From the IMG/VR virus record IMGVR_UViG_3300012924_000011, positions 1 to 55,283 of that record: 55,283 nt of DNA. One strand, written 5' to 3'. Under the pieces are notes generated by a model. The model was not told the origin of the DNA. It did no database searches and worked only from the letters and a program-made list of their open reading frames with translations. The DNA comes from a virus (taxonomy: Duplodnaviria > Caudoviricetes). Every line of letters starts with the position of its first letter. The stretch's first letter is position 1. Of this stretch, positions 28,860 to 38,305 are shown one piece after another. Both the position numbers and the translations under genes were made by a program.

Positions 28860-31243
28860 CCACGACGGGGGGGCAGGATTTCAACGCAGTATGGTCGTTT
28901 ATCGGCGCGTTCGCCGGTGATCCGAATACCGCAACGATCGACTGGCGCGCGATCCACGATACCGATAAGCAAGTTCCCGCGCATGCGCGTCGTGGTACGT
29001 TGCATGAATGGTGGTCATGGTTGTGTCAAATGAACGATGTCGGTTACGGTATCTTCGCCAATATCAATGCGCTTGATGGTCGTGGTCGCGATCTTGCGAA
29101 CGTCCATTATATCCGTGCACATTACGTCGACTTGGATAACCTGTCTGCTCGGCAGAATTACGATCGCGCTGCGGCTGCATATCCCGCGCCATCATTTGGC
29201 GTGCTATCGTCCATCCTCTATGATGACGCGACTGGTCAATCGCGTGAGAAGCATCACGTTTATTGGCCGGTGCAGCCGTATCAAGGCAACGACCGTTTCG
29301 AGTTGATTCAGCGCAAGCTTCGCCAAGTGTTTGATGGTGACAAATCGATCATCGATCCGACACGGGTTATGCGCGTGCCGGGCACATGGCATCGTAAAGA
29401 CCCGACCCGTCCGCACCTAGTGTCATGCGAAGCTTTGCCCGGTTATGGTCAAGTGACCACTATCGAAGCACTTGAAGCTGCGCTTATGTCGGTAAATGTG
29501 ATCGATGGTGGCGCGGGTGTTCGCCATGAATTGGGTGAAACGTCACTTGCCGCGCCATCGCTCGATTGGCTAAACCGTGCGCTTGAATTGTGCGATCCAA
29601 ATGAATTGACACGCGGCGAATGGATCGCGATGACCAGTGCGGTCAAACAAGCCGGTTGGACGCTTACCGATCCCGATACACTTTTCATCATGTGGTCGGC
29701 GTGGTGCGCTCGATACGGTGCAAACGATGTTGGTGAAAATGCCAAGCAATGGCATTCGATCCGCAATACCGAATTAGGTTGGCCATCGATCTTGCACCGC
29801 GTGCCGTCGCTCAAGGCAACGATGTTGTTCGGGCCGAAAGATGGCCAGCCGGTGCCCGCCAGCAACGATCAGGGCGATCAGCCACAATCGGCGGGCGCTG
29901 CGCCACCACCCATGCCTGAACCACCACCGCTCGATTGCAGTGGCGAATTCTTGACGCACCTTGAACAGCAACAATGGTTCAAAGGCTGCTATGCTATCGA
30001 GAAGTTCGGCGAAATCATGACGCCGAAAGGTCGGTTCATGGGCGCGACCAAATTCAACATGGCCTATGGTGGTAAGAAATTTATCATCGATGGTATGGGC
30101 AAGACGGTCAATGAAGCATGGCAAGCTGCAACGCGGTCAACGCTTTGGACGATCCCGAAAGTCGATCACATTCGGTTTTTGCCTGAACGATCATTTGGTG
30201 AAATCGTTGAAGATCAACTTGGTCGGCGCGGTGTCAATACCTATATCCCGGTGAAGATACGCACGCTAGCCGGTGACGTGACGCCGTTCACTCGCAATAT
30301 GGAAGTGATGATACCGAATGAGAATGATCGCAACATCATCTATGCTTATCTCGCGCATAATGTGAAGTTCCCCGGCCGCAAGATACGTTGGGCACCAATG
30401 ATCCAATCAACGGAGGGCGTCGGCAAAGGCTTCCTGATGGAAGCAATGGAAGCGATCATTGGTGAAATGTATTGCTATAGCCCTAAAGCGCAAGAATTGG
30501 TCAATAGCGGATCGACATTCAACGCTTGGATGCGCTCAAAATTGTTGATCGTCGTCAATGAAATCAAGGTGGACGAACGTCGCGAGTTGATCGAAATTCT
30601 TAAGCCCATGATCACTGACAAACGCGTCGAAATTCAATCCAAGGGTATCGACCAAGAAATGGAAGACAACCCGGCGAATTGGATATTTTTTAGCAACTTC
30701 AAGGATGCGATCCCGGTCAATCAAAATGGTCGGCGTTACGCCATCTTCTATAGCGCCATTCAATCCAAAGCTGATCTGATTGCGCATGGAATGGGTGATG
30801 CGTATTTCGTCAATCTGTTCAAATGGCTCTATGGCGATGGTGCTGCCATCATCGCCGATTGGCTAATGCGTCATCCGATCACTACTGATGACATGCCGGG
30901 CACCGCGCCTGAGACATCATCGACGCCGTCCGCAATTGCGATCAGCCGATCGCCGGTTGAACGTATGATCCTTGAAGCGGTTGAGGATGCCCTGCCGGGC
31001 TTCCGTCATGGGTGGATCAGCGCGACGATGGTGGCCAATCGGATCAGGACCACCGGCACTGTTCGTGGCGGCAACATGGCACCGAACACGATCGCGGCGA
31101 TCTTAGAGAACATGGGCTATCATCCTCTAGGACGGGCACCACGCCCGTTCTTCCAAGAGGATCGGGAAAGCCGCCCCTATCTGTTCTACTTCGGTGGTTG
31201 GGCAGACGTGGCAGGCTATGGCCGTGCGCAGGGTTGGGAATAG
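28856..31243 (+). CDS. Primase-helicase (RepB-like primase, PriCT-like domain, SF3/D5-like helicase)
   Basis: YVDLD, H.YW, D..RVMRVPG.WH.K; W......A.K...WS.W PriCT-like part; Walker A EGVGKG, VVNE, SN, RRY. Confidence 0.9.
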   Translation: MTTTGGQDFNAVWSFIGAFAGDPNTATIDWRAIHDTDKQVPAHARRGTLHEWWSWLCQMNDVGYGIFANINALDGRGRDLANVHYIRAHYVDLDNLSARQNYDRAAAAYPAPSFGVLSSILYDDATGQSREKHHVYWPVQPYQGNDRFELIQRKLRQVFDGDKSIIDPTRVMRVPGTWHRKDPTRPHLVSCEALPGYGQVTTIEALEAALMSVNVIDGGAGVRHELGETSLAAPSLDWLNRALELCDPNELTRGEWIAMTSAVKQAGWTLTDPDTLFIMWSAWCARYGANDVGENAKQWHSIRNTELGWPSILHRVPSLKATMLFGPKDGQPVPASNDQGDQPQSAGAAPPPMPEPPPLDCSGEFLTHLEQQQWFKGCYAIEKFGEIMTPKGRFMGATKFNMAYGGKKFIIDGMGKTVNEAWQAATRSTLWTIPKVDHIRFLPERSFGEIVEDQLGRRGVNTYIPVKIRTLAGDVTPFTRNMEVMIPNENDRNIIYAYLAHNVKFPGRKIRWAPMIQSTEGVGKGFLMEAMEAIIGEMYCYSPKAQELVNSGSTFNAWMRSKLLIVVNEIKVDERRELIEILKPMITDKRVEIQSKGIDQEMEDNPANWIFFSNFKDAIPVNQNGRRYAIFYSAIQSKADLIAHGMGDAYFVNLFKWLYGDGAAIIADWLMRHPITTDDMPGTAPETSSTPSAIAISRSPVERMILEAVEDALPGFRHGWISATMVANRIRTTGTVRGGNMAPNTIAAILENMGYHPLGRAPRPFFQEDRESRPYLFYFGGWADVAGYGRAQGWE

Positions 31244-31477
31244 CGGCCTGACATTCGAGCAGGCTGTACGGTTTGGTTGCCGTAGCGATATTCCTTGCGA
31301 ACATCGTCGCAGTGCGACCCGAACGATGCTCTTACTTTTCGGACCTATCCGGCGAACCGGGATCATTGCCGTGCCGCTGCATGTCAGCCGGTAAACCGAC
31401 TGTGAAGCCCAATGCCAAAGTATTAGACACCGGGGGCGTTCGATCCGTGTGATCGATTTTGACCGGGGTGTCAAACG

Positions 31478-31519
31478 AAAAATGGCCGGGGCGCATGCTC
31501 TGATCATTGCGCCCCGGCC
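31478..31519 (-). terminator. Rho-independent terminator
   Basis: GGCCGGGGCGCA / TGCGCCCCGGCC 12-bp stem with a T run on the minus strand. Confidence 0.75.
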
Positions 31520-31688
31520 GGTTCTATCTGAATTTTGCGCGACATGTTTGAAGCGGCATCCTCACGCGTTTCGCCGCTCCGCAGCTAGCCATATTCCGGT
31601 TGTCGCGCACGACGAATATCGATCATCATCAAATCTCCTGATAGGAGGGGAGGGAGGCTAGCCGATCATTTGGGATCGATCAAGCCTG

Positions 31689-32219
31689 CTAGATCACCAC
31701 GTTGAACAAATGATCGAGGCTGTTCAAATCATCGTCGGTGCCGTGCTCGATCATATTGCCGACAGCATGTGCAAATTGCGGCGAATAGACCCCGCTGAAT
31801 ATGGCCGTCATCAACGTTGCGCGAATTTTGGCGGCGCGGGCCGTGTTGGCCTCGGCCAGTTCGCGTGCCCGGCGCTCGATTTCGGACGTGTTGTGTGCGT
31901 CGACAAACGCATTGATCGCGTCATGATTGATGCCGCTGATCGTGCCGAGATTGAGAGCCGCCATGACATGGTTAATTGCGTTAGCGTTTACCAAAACGTC
32001 CATGTTTTTGGTCTTCTTATATCGCTCACCGAAATTGATGAGGTTGCGATAGAGCGTTAGGCCAAGTTCCCATGTTGTGCCATCGTGTTGCGGGCGTACC
32101 CATATATGGTAGCGGAATTCGCCCGCCTCGAAATCGATGGTACAGTTGCTGCGATATGCGTTGGTATTGCTGCATGCCGAAATGTGGCAGTTGGTGATAT
32201 TTTTGATCGCGATAGCCAT
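31689..32219 (-). CDS. Hypothetical protein
   Basis: 176 aa; AAGGA SD; TAATG coupling. Confidence 0.7.
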   Translation of the reverse strand: MAIAIKNITNCHISACSNTNAYRSNCTIDFEAGEFRYHIWVRPQHDGTTWELGLTLYRNLINFGERYKKTKNMDVLVNANAINHVMAALNLGTISGINHDAINAFVDAHNTSEIERRARELAEANTARAAKIRATLMTAIFSGVYSPQFAHAVGNMIEHGTDDDLNSLDHLFNVVI

Positions 32220-32401
32220 TAATCGTCCTTTCCATCAAGAAACGCCTGTGCATCTTCGTCAACACCAATCCCGTATTGGGGACCGATAGTTTTCCAGAAT
32301 TTGCCACTGATATGCGCGTTCACATTGCCCCATTTGGTGGTACGGATTGACCGTTTACCTTTCCGTGTTTCCTTGGTGGCATTCGGAACGTAAAAGCGCA
32401 T
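32219..32401 (-). CDS. Small basic hypothetical protein
   Basis: GGAG SD, downstream of promoter copy 3. Confidence 0.7.
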   Translation of the reverse strand: MRFYVPNATKETRKGKRSIRTTKWGNVNAHISGKFWKTIGPQYGIGVDEDAQAFLDGKDD

Positions 32402-32474
32402 ATCGATCACTCCATTCGTTGTGATGATCGCTCTAATGGTCGTTGCGATGGTCGTCAAGCGTTATTTTCGTCTC
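32399..32474. repeat. 76-bp exact direct repeat, copy A (promoter, RBS and ATG)
   Basis: Identical to 53124..53199 by direct comparison. Confidence 0.9.
32430..32458 (-). promoter_or_regulatory. Repeated early promoter, copy 3
   Basis: TTGACG-accatcgcaacgaccat-TAGAGC. Confidence 0.8.
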
Positions 32475-32569
32475 AGGCGAATGATCAAGGTGATGATCAC
32501 CAACACCACGAGCAACCAGAATGCGCCGGGATCGATTGGCTTGATTTCTATGAACGCAATGCGATCCAT
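32462..32569 (-). CDS. 35-aa single-pass membrane peptide (not in ORF track)
   Basis: MDRIAFIEIKPIDPGAFWLLVVLVIITLIIRLRRK: hydrophobic core plus basic tail; AAGG SD. Confidence 0.55.
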   Translation of the reverse strand: MDRIAFIEIKPIDPGAFWLLVVLVIITLIIRLRRK

Positions 32570-32742
32570 TTTTCGCCTTTCCGGGTGAAACGATAGGATG
32601 GTTCGGGCTTGGTGCTAATCGGTTTGGGTAATCGCTCGATATAGCCATGATCGATCAGCGCCGTCGCCGTCACGTGGAGTATCTTGCAATGACCGGCAGT
32701 CTTGTCGATCCGCGTCATGGCGGCGTTTTGGTTGCTAGTCAT
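32548..32742 (-). CDS. Small winged-helix-like hypothetical protein
   Basis: TA.ALI..GYIE...Y.FT.KG pattern. Confidence 0.5.
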   Translation of the reverse strand: MTSNQNAAMTRIDKTAGHCKILHVTATALIDHGYIERLPKPISTKPEPSYRFTRKGEKWIALRS

Positions 32743-33101
32743 CGTTGAGCGGCTTGAACCAACAGCTTAAGCGCGTGATCCATCCCGGCTTGAACCGCCT
32801 TGATAACTTCATCGGGATGACCGCCGCATAGCTCGATCGTTCTGGCGTTCTTGTCGAAACGTATCTCCAAAAACTTGGAGCCTGAACCGATCCGGATGCT
32901 GCCGTTCGGACCGGCTTGGACGTGCGGGCCGATGACGACAATATCCCTGATGTTTCGATCTATGTGCTCGCTCACTGCATAATCGCCAATGATGACGCTA
33001 TAGCTTAGATTGAACGGATAGGGCGGGCGACCAAGCATCCGGTTGATCAGGCGCATGATCGTAAATCGCATTTTGGTCAGAAACCATTTGAAGTCTCGCA
33101 T
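32739..33101 (-). CDS. Hypothetical protein
   Basis: GGAGG SD before ATG 33101. Confidence 0.6.
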   Translation of the reverse strand: MRDFKWFLTKMRFTIMRLINRMLGRPPYPFNLSYSVIIGDYAVSEHIDRNIRDIVVIGPHVQAGPNGSIRIGSGSKFLEIRFDKNARTIELCGGHPDEVIKAVQAGMDHALKLLVQAAQR

Positions 33102-33127
33102 TATATCCTCCATATTCACTGTTAATG

Positions 33128-33880
33128 TTAATCCGCTCGCCAATGTGTTGCCACGTCGTGCGAGACGCGCACCCGGCGATATGCTTCGCAGACGCACCGG
33201 GCCTGCGATATCGCGTCGTCTAGGGCGTTGTGGGCGGTGCCGTGGTTGAATTGCTGCATGAACATGCTGTGATCGCCGACATTGGCCATGTCGAAGGCGG
33301 TGCGGGTATCGCGAGGCGCTCGGTAGTGCCACGGCACTGGCAGGCCGCATGCGTCATAGGCGGCGGCCAGAATGGGCGGATCGAACGCCGGGCCGTGCGA
33401 CCATAGGTTTACATCATCGGGGATACGCCTGTCACGGTCGTTGGAATCATACATGTCACCAGCCGACCCGCGCAACCAATCAGCAAATTGGATCAATGCG
33501 ATCCGCAGTTCTACCGGGTTGGCGAACGCCTCTTGTGCTTCGGCGCTTTGGTCATTCCACCACGCGACGGTTTCGGGATCACGTTGCAACGGGTATTTGT
33601 AATCGATCAAAGTTGGATCATTGAAGTGAATTCGATACGCCATCATTTCACGGTCCGATAGAACCGGGTTATCGGTTGCGATATAAAATTCTGCGGTTGC
33701 GTCGGTGCGTGTGTTCAGACAATCGGAACAGTCGTGGAGTGTACCGCTGTTGCATGACGGACATGGCTTGCCGACGATCCCGGTGATCGGATCGAATAGC
33801 GTTGCGCCAATGCTGCGAAGATCGAAACCGGGCTTTTTGCCCCATGTTTCGATATCAGCCATTACGTTAATGCGGGTCAT
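33128..33880 (-). CDS. DEDDh 3'-5' exonuclease (Rv2179c-like) with an inserted Cys4 segment
   Basis: M.DIET.G...SIGA; T..WW..Q; W.HG..FD..IL; RDTRT; HNALDDA..QA. Confidence 0.88.
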   Translation of the reverse strand: MTRINVMADIETWGKKPGFDLRSIGATLFDPITGIVGKPCPSCNSGTLHDCSDCLNTRTDATAEFYIATDNPVLSDREMMAYRIHFNDPTLIDYKYPLQRDPETVAWWNDQSAEAQEAFANPVELRIALIQFADWLRGSAGDMYDSNDRDRRIPDDVNLWSHGPAFDPPILAAAYDACGLPVPWHYRAPRDTRTAFDMANVGDHSMFMQQFNHGTAHNALDDAISQARCVCEAYRRVRVSHDVATHWRAD

Positions 33881-33914
33881 TTTTCATCACCTTTCCATCT
33901 TAGCGATTAAGTTT

Positions 33915-34106
33915 TCACTGTGACGATACGGTTTCCATCGCAAGGATGCCTTCAAGACGTACACGCCAATATTCTTGTGTGCCGCCCGTTGGTGGTTTGC
34001 GATAAAAGATCAGCCAACCGTCTACTTCGCAAAACGTATCAGCCTCGACCATGCGTTGAGGTTGACCATATTTTACTTCAATGCGAAATGTGGTCATTTT
34101 TATCAC
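33915..34106 (-). CDS. Hypothetical protein
   Basis: AGGTG SD; minus-strand chain. Confidence 0.5.
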   Translation of the reverse strand: MIKMTTFRIEVKYGQPQRMVEADTFCEVDGWLIFYRKPPTGGTQEYWRVRLEGILAMETVSSQ

Positions 34107-34410
34107 CTTTCGATTGCATTGCGATCAGGTGATCACCAATAAGCGGACAATGACTTTCGAAGCCATATCCGCCGTTGATCCCTTCGATGGTGATATTACC
34201 GCAAGCAATCTGTGCATTGCGGTAGCTCGGCTTGGCACGGGCAAGGCAAAGCTGCAAATCGCGCTCTAACCATCCTTGAATATGCATGTACGCTGCGAGC
34301 GTGTTCGGACGGAATGGGTTGGTTCCGTTCGGTCCCTTGTCGCGACATAGCGCGCCGGTCTTACGCCACGCGTCAAGCTGATCGATCGTTTCTTGTTCGG
34401 TCATTTCCAT
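34078..34410 (-). CDS. Hypothetical protein
   Basis: AGGAG SD. Confidence 0.55.
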   Translation of the reverse strand: MEMTEQETIDQLDAWRKTGALCRDKGPNGTNPFRPNTLAAYMHIQGWLERDLQLCLARAKPSYRNAQIACGNITIEGINGGYGFESHCPLIGDHLIAMQSKGDKNDHISH

Positions 34411-34556
34411 CGCTCCTGTAATATTGGATGGCTGATATTGATCGTGCAAATTAAATTGCGTTTTGGCGGTATGCCGATGTAGAGCGCATGACGCGGACCG
34501 ATCGTTCGCCAGCCTGCGTCATTCATCGCTCGGCAACGCCCAAGCGTGTCTTGAAT

Positions 34557-34895
34557 TCAACCACGGGGGCCGCCTCCCATGTCGTTGAGCGCCTGCGCTA
34601 GGCACACGTCAACCGATGCTGCACGGTAGTCACGATCTTCCCAATTGGTCCAATCGGCGTTGATCGTAACGCACTCCTGATCATTGAGTGTGTCGGGATC
34701 ATCATTCGGTTGATGGATGCTGATCGATGTTGCGATCCCTGCATTGCGTAGTTGGTCGATCATGCGCCAACGGTTGGCGTCATTAGCATCGTTGATGCTA
34801 CGGATCGCCAAATCTTTGAGGGTCGCCCACATGATCCATGTGGCGACGCCTAGCCCGGCGCATGATGCTAACGGGCCGATCCATTGCATGGTCAT
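34557..34895 (-). CDS. Hypothetical protein with N-terminal hydrophobic segment
   Basis: ATGA coupling; AAGGA SD. Confidence 0.6.
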   Translation of the reverse strand: MTMQWIGPLASCAGLGVATWIMWATLKDLAIRSINDANDANRWRMIDQLRNAGIATSISIHQPNDDPDTLNDQECVTINADWTNWEDRDYRAASVDVCLAQALNDMGGGPRG

Positions 34896-35395
34896 CGTGC
34901 ATCCTTTGTCTTGTATGTCAGCTTGATCCCTTTCACGTGATCAAGCTTGCGGTTCATGTGAAGCGATATGGCGGCTTGAGAACAGCCTAGCGCTCGTGCG
35001 GCTTCGGCCTGCGATGCGAATTCGCGGCCGTCGCTGGCAAGTATCGCCCGGTTCGATCCGAACACGTTATAGCCGTGGACATTGCACCGTGGCATCGCCG
35101 GGAACGATCGCATGTGTCGGACGGCGGCGTTGAATGCTTCCGTCTGATCCTGCGTCGTCATGACGATCCTGATCAGCACGCCGGGGTTAAGCGCGGCAAG
35201 ATCGCACCAATCGCTGTTGTTGCGCGCCTCTCTCATTTCGAACACGTCGGAAAGGTTGCACGTGGCGATATAGATCAATTCAGGCGGTGTACCCGGTAAT
35301 CCCGTCTGCATGTAATGCTCGTATACGCACCATTCGTCACCGATGGCGTTGACGTTGTTCACGATCACATTGATATCTTGCTTGGTGATGGTCAT
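34892..35395 (-). CDS. Degenerate GIY-YIG-like protein with C-terminal NUMOD1-like HTH
   Basis: CVY.H...IYIA, late E and CN; EFASQAEAARALGCSQAAIS. Confidence 0.55.
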   Translation of the reverse strand: MTITKQDINVIVNNVNAIGDEWCVYEHYMQTGLPGTPPELIYIATCNLSDVFEMREARNNSDWCDLAALNPGVLIRIVMTTQDQTEAFNAAVRHMRSFPAMPRCNVHGYNVFGSNRAILASDGREFASQAEAARALGCSQAAISLHMNRKLDHVKGIKLTYKTKDAR

Positions 35396-35688
35396 TTGTG
35401 ATCCTTATCGATATTGTGTTGTTCGCGGATCGCTTCAAATCGAGCACGATGCGGTCGCGTTACACCTAGACATTCCCGGCCCGCCGATTGGCGACACTTT
35501 GGGCACGATATGGAAAGAGGGTTTATTGCTATCGTTGAACACCGGAAGCGATGTTCTAGAATTGCGCGTTCTTCGAATATGAAACCAGATAGTCCGCGAT
35601 GTTGCGGACGTATGCGGTGGTCCATCACTGGCACCCATTGGATCAGGATTGCCGATGACCAATCATCATGTGGATCGTCAACGTCCAT
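35392..35688 (-). CDS. Hypothetical Zn-finger protein
   Basis: CP.C....G..C.......H..R motif. Confidence 0.5.
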   Translation of the reverse strand: MDVDDPHDDWSSAILIQWVPVMDHRIRPQHRGLSGFIFEERAILEHRFRCSTIAINPLSISCPKCRQSAGRECLGVTRPHRARFEAIREQHNIDKDHK

Positions 35689-35917
35689 TGGGGCACCCTA
35701 TTGCGTGTCTGTGGTGGTCGGTCGTTCGACAATAGCGGCATAGCACTGGCACATGTGTAACGAACGACGGAGGAGGCTGTAATTCCTCCATGATGGTGAT
35801 GTTGCTCACTGTGCCGCCGCTTAGGATCGTATCGATGATCAATGGTCGAAATCGTTTCCCATCGTGAGATACGCCGGGGATCAGCCCTAGTGGCCATTCG
35901 TCGCACGGATCGTTCAT
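35678..35917 (-). CDS. Hypothetical protein with C-terminal Cys/His motif
   Basis: C..C......H..GCP; chain context. Confidence 0.5.
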   Translation of the reverse strand: MNDPCDEWPLGLIPGVSHDGKRFRPLIIDTILSGGTVSNITIMEELQPPPSFVTHVPVLCRYCRTTDHHRHAIGCPNGR

Positions 35918-35918
35918 A

Positions 35919-36107
35919 TCATCGTGATCCTAGCGTCTGATTGATCGTGACGGTCAACACGCTGCCATCGTCATATTCGACGTTAAAGGCCATGCCGTTC
36001 GGTACGCAATGGTCGTGCGATATGGTGGCGTTGAGCGCCGATGACAGTTTTGCGCGGATCATTCGGCTGAGGATCGGCAGGCTATGTGGCTCGGGTGGTT
36101 TGGGCAT
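35919..36107 (-). CDS. Hypothetical protein
   Basis: AAAGGA SD. Confidence 0.55.
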   Translation of the reverse strand: MPKPPEPHSLPILSRMIRAKLSSALNATISHDHCVPNGMAFNVEYDDGSVLTVTINQTLGSR

Positions 36108-36159
36108 TATCTATCCTTTCAATCCCGCGCTTCCTGCCATGGCGTCGGCGGGCTGTCAA

Positions 36160-36490
36160 TAGCTTATATTAGTGATTGCTCAATACTCGGTCGAGCGGTA
36201 ATTATGGTAATTTGGGGCATTTTATCATAATTACCATAATTTACCATAATTAGCGATGATTATAAATTATGGTAATTATGATAAAATATAAGCGAATTGG
36301 TAATTGTATAACCAATAATCACATTTACCTATAGAGACAGACTCGATCAATAACTAATAATAAGTAATATAACAAACTAATATTGAGTATAATAAGTTAT
36401 TGATCGAGTCTGAGAGTATGGGAAAAATTGGTTATATACTTATAATGCGATATAACCAATTATAACCTAGCCGTGATAATTATCATCGGG
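36160..36490. other. AT-rich non-coding region with three inverted repeats; putative replication origin
   Basis: No ORF; strongly AT-rich; IRs at 36219-36243/36263-36287, 36338-36355/36395-36412 and 36426-36437/36450-36461; repeated ATTACCATAAT units. Confidence 0.6.
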
Positions 36491-36494
36491 CAAC

Positions 36495-36524
36495 AAAAAG
36501 CCCGTCCGAATTAACGAACGGGCC
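36495..36524 (-). terminator. Rho-independent terminator
   Basis: GCCCGT...ACGGGC stem with TTTTT on the minus strand. Confidence 0.7.
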
Positions 36525-36545
36525 ATGATTTGGCGGTGGTGATAA

Positions 36546-36749
36546 TTATCGATTGTGAACACACTCATTCGCGCCGATTTCGAAAGGCGCTTGACCGTAT
36601 TGAACAGGCTCGGTGCTAAGCATCGTGATCGTCCGGTCGCGGATCACATAGGGTCTTGCTTTCGGTAACGATGCGATTGCTTTTTCAACACCTTCAACAT
36701 CTTCGTCACTGCGACGATTGATCACGCTGGTCATATACCAAACAGTCAT
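36546..36749 (-). CDS. Small early hypothetical protein
   Basis: GGAG SD, downstream of promoter copy 4. Confidence 0.6.
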   Translation of the reverse strand: MTVWYMTSVINRRSDEDVEGVEKAIASLPKARPYVIRDRTITMLSTEPVQYGQAPFEIGANECVHNR

Positions 36750-36776
36750 TTTGATCACTCCGTTAATGTGATGGTT

Positions 36777-36805
36777 GTTCTAATGGTCGTTGCGATGGTT
36801 GTCAA
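36777..36805 (-). promoter_or_regulatory. Repeated early promoter, copy 4
   Basis: TTGACA-accatcgcaacgaccat-TAGAAC. Confidence 0.8.
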
Positions 36806-36986
36806 CAATGTATTTGACGCACTCGGCAAAGCTGGTGGCGGTGCCGAAGATAAATCGGACTGGCGGCGTCCAACGCACATACCAACGATGCCCGGTGCGA
36901 TCCTGCCAACACGTGCCCGCTAGATCGTTGCCGATCCACACGTCAAAGCCGTCAAGGTGCTGTAGCGGGATCAGGATAGATGCCAC
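36780..36986 (-). CDS. Hypothetical protein
   Basis: GTG start after GAGGGG; ends inside promoter copy 4. Confidence 0.5.
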   Translation of the reverse strand: MASILIPLQHLDGFDVWIGNDLAGTCWQDRTGHRWYVRWTPPVRFIFGTATSFAECVKYIVDNHRNDH

Positions 36987-37303
36987 GGCCAACCCCTCTT
37001 GATACAAATTCGCATGGCGGCTCTTACATCCTCGCGATCAGGGTTGCCACGTGCTGTCGCTGTGATCCGTTCTTTGTGCGTTGGTGGTCGTAATTCGCCA
37101 GCATCGCACAATCGATCATATTCGGTGCGTAGGGCTGTGCGTCGATTCGCTAACGCTTGGTTGCGTTCGCCTAGCGATTGCATCTTGTCGCGCCAGTTGG
37201 CCCGCCCGATGTGCCCGGCTGGTGAATGCATCCCGGCATCACCGAAAGATTGGCGGCTGGCACCTTGTGCCGCCGCCCAATCCTCAAAGTTGATGACGAT
37301 CAT
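36971..37303 (-). CDS. Hypothetical protein
   Basis: ATGA coupling. Confidence 0.65.
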   Translation of the reverse strand: MIVINFEDWAAAQGASRQSFGDAGMHSPAGHIGRANWRDKMQSLGERNQALANRRTALRTEYDRLCDAGELRPPTHKERITATARGNPDREDVRAAMRICIKRGWPWHLS

Positions 37304-37590
37304 AGGGCCGTGATCATGCCGGTGTGTGCGGTGAACGCCTCGCGCAAGCCGTCCGCATGCACGCTGTCAACATGATAGGTCGGTGCGCAGTCGATGCCGC
37401 GAAGGCGGTAAAATTGCACCGTATAGGTGTCATCGCCGTTAAGCGTGATTTTGACCATGTTTGACTTGCTGGCGTTGCGACCGAAACGGAAGGTCAGCGA
37501 ACGCTCGCCCATGACGAACGACTTAGCACCGGTCATGCTGGTGAAACGGTTGCCGCCAAGTTGTGCGATGATCGTGGTTGCGATGGTCAT
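37300..37590 (-). CDS. Conserved phage hypothetical protein
   Basis: A.TI..QLGG..F..MTGAK...N.V.I.L...DTY.V.F...TG..T.L motif; GGAG SD. Confidence 0.8.
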   Translation of the reverse strand: MTIATTIIAQLGGNRFTSMTGAKSFVMGERSLTFRFGRNASKSNMVKITLNGDDTYTVQFYRLRGIDCAPTYHVDSVHADGLREAFTAHTGMITAL

Positions 37591-37617
37591 CTAGGTCACT
37601 CCGTTGTCGTTATGATC

Positions 37618-37646
37618 CTAATAATGGTCGTTGCGATGGTCGTCAA
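37618..37646 (-). promoter_or_regulatory. Repeated early promoter, copy 5
   Basis: TTGACG-accatcgcaacgaccat-TATTAG. Confidence 0.8.
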
Positions 37647-38004
37647 GCGTTAATTGCAGCATTTCCGCAGCTTTGAGCGCAATCGCTTTGCTGATTGGAT
37701 CATTGGCATGGTTGAATAGTTCGATTAGATGCATCAATTCATCATCGGTAAACGACGGTGGTGTTAATCGCTTTGGCTGGCATGCCAATCGAGCGGCTTG
37801 TCGTTCTTGCAGGTTTGGCTTGTTGCGATGAATACGTGTTTGAATAGCATCGATCCGTTGCTTCATCGTAAGGCCGACGTACATTTGCGCTCGTTTGCCG
37901 CGCATCAAATGATTATGAATTTCGTCACGTTCTTTATGCCATGCATAGCCAAAAGGTTGCCCGGCAACATCATCGTATCCGCGCCCTAGATAGCTTTCGG
38001 TCAT
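37618..38004 (-). CDS. Hypothetical protein
   Basis: ATGA coupling; ends inside promoter copy 5. Confidence 0.6.
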   Translation of the reverse strand: MTESYLGRGYDDVAGQPFGYAWHKERDEIHNHLMRGKRAQMYVGLTMKQRIDAIQTRIHRNKPNLQERQAARLACQPKRLTPPSFTDDELMHLIELFNHANDPISKAIALKAAEMLQLTLDDHRNDHY

Positions 38005-38303
38005 GATGGTTCTCGCACAAACGGATAAGGCTCGATCACATAACCAATCCATTGGTCGTCAACAGCCCGCACAAGGTCAAGACGTCCCGGTGGTAGTGGT
38101 TTGCCATTATTGGTGGCGATGGTGAGTTTGGTCACGCCATAGGCCGCGAAGGCAAAGCGAGGATCGTCAAGCTTGACGCATGCGTGACTGACAGCGGGCA
38201 CCATATTAGCCGCTTCGGACATGGTGGCGAACGGACCGACAAGCCATGCCGTGCGCTGCGCATTCCCGTCGCGCGCTGTCACGTAATAGCCTGTTCGCAT
38301 CAT
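38001..38303 (-). CDS. Hypothetical protein
   Basis: YYVT.RD......L.GPF.T..EA......DP...F..YG pattern; AAGGA SD. Confidence 0.7.
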   Translation of the reverse strand: MMRTGYYVTARDGNAQRTAWLVGPFATMSEAANMVPAVSHACVKLDDPRFAFAAYGVTKLTIATNNGKPLPPGRLDLVRAVDDQWIGYVIEPYPFVREPS

Positions 38304-38305
38304 GA

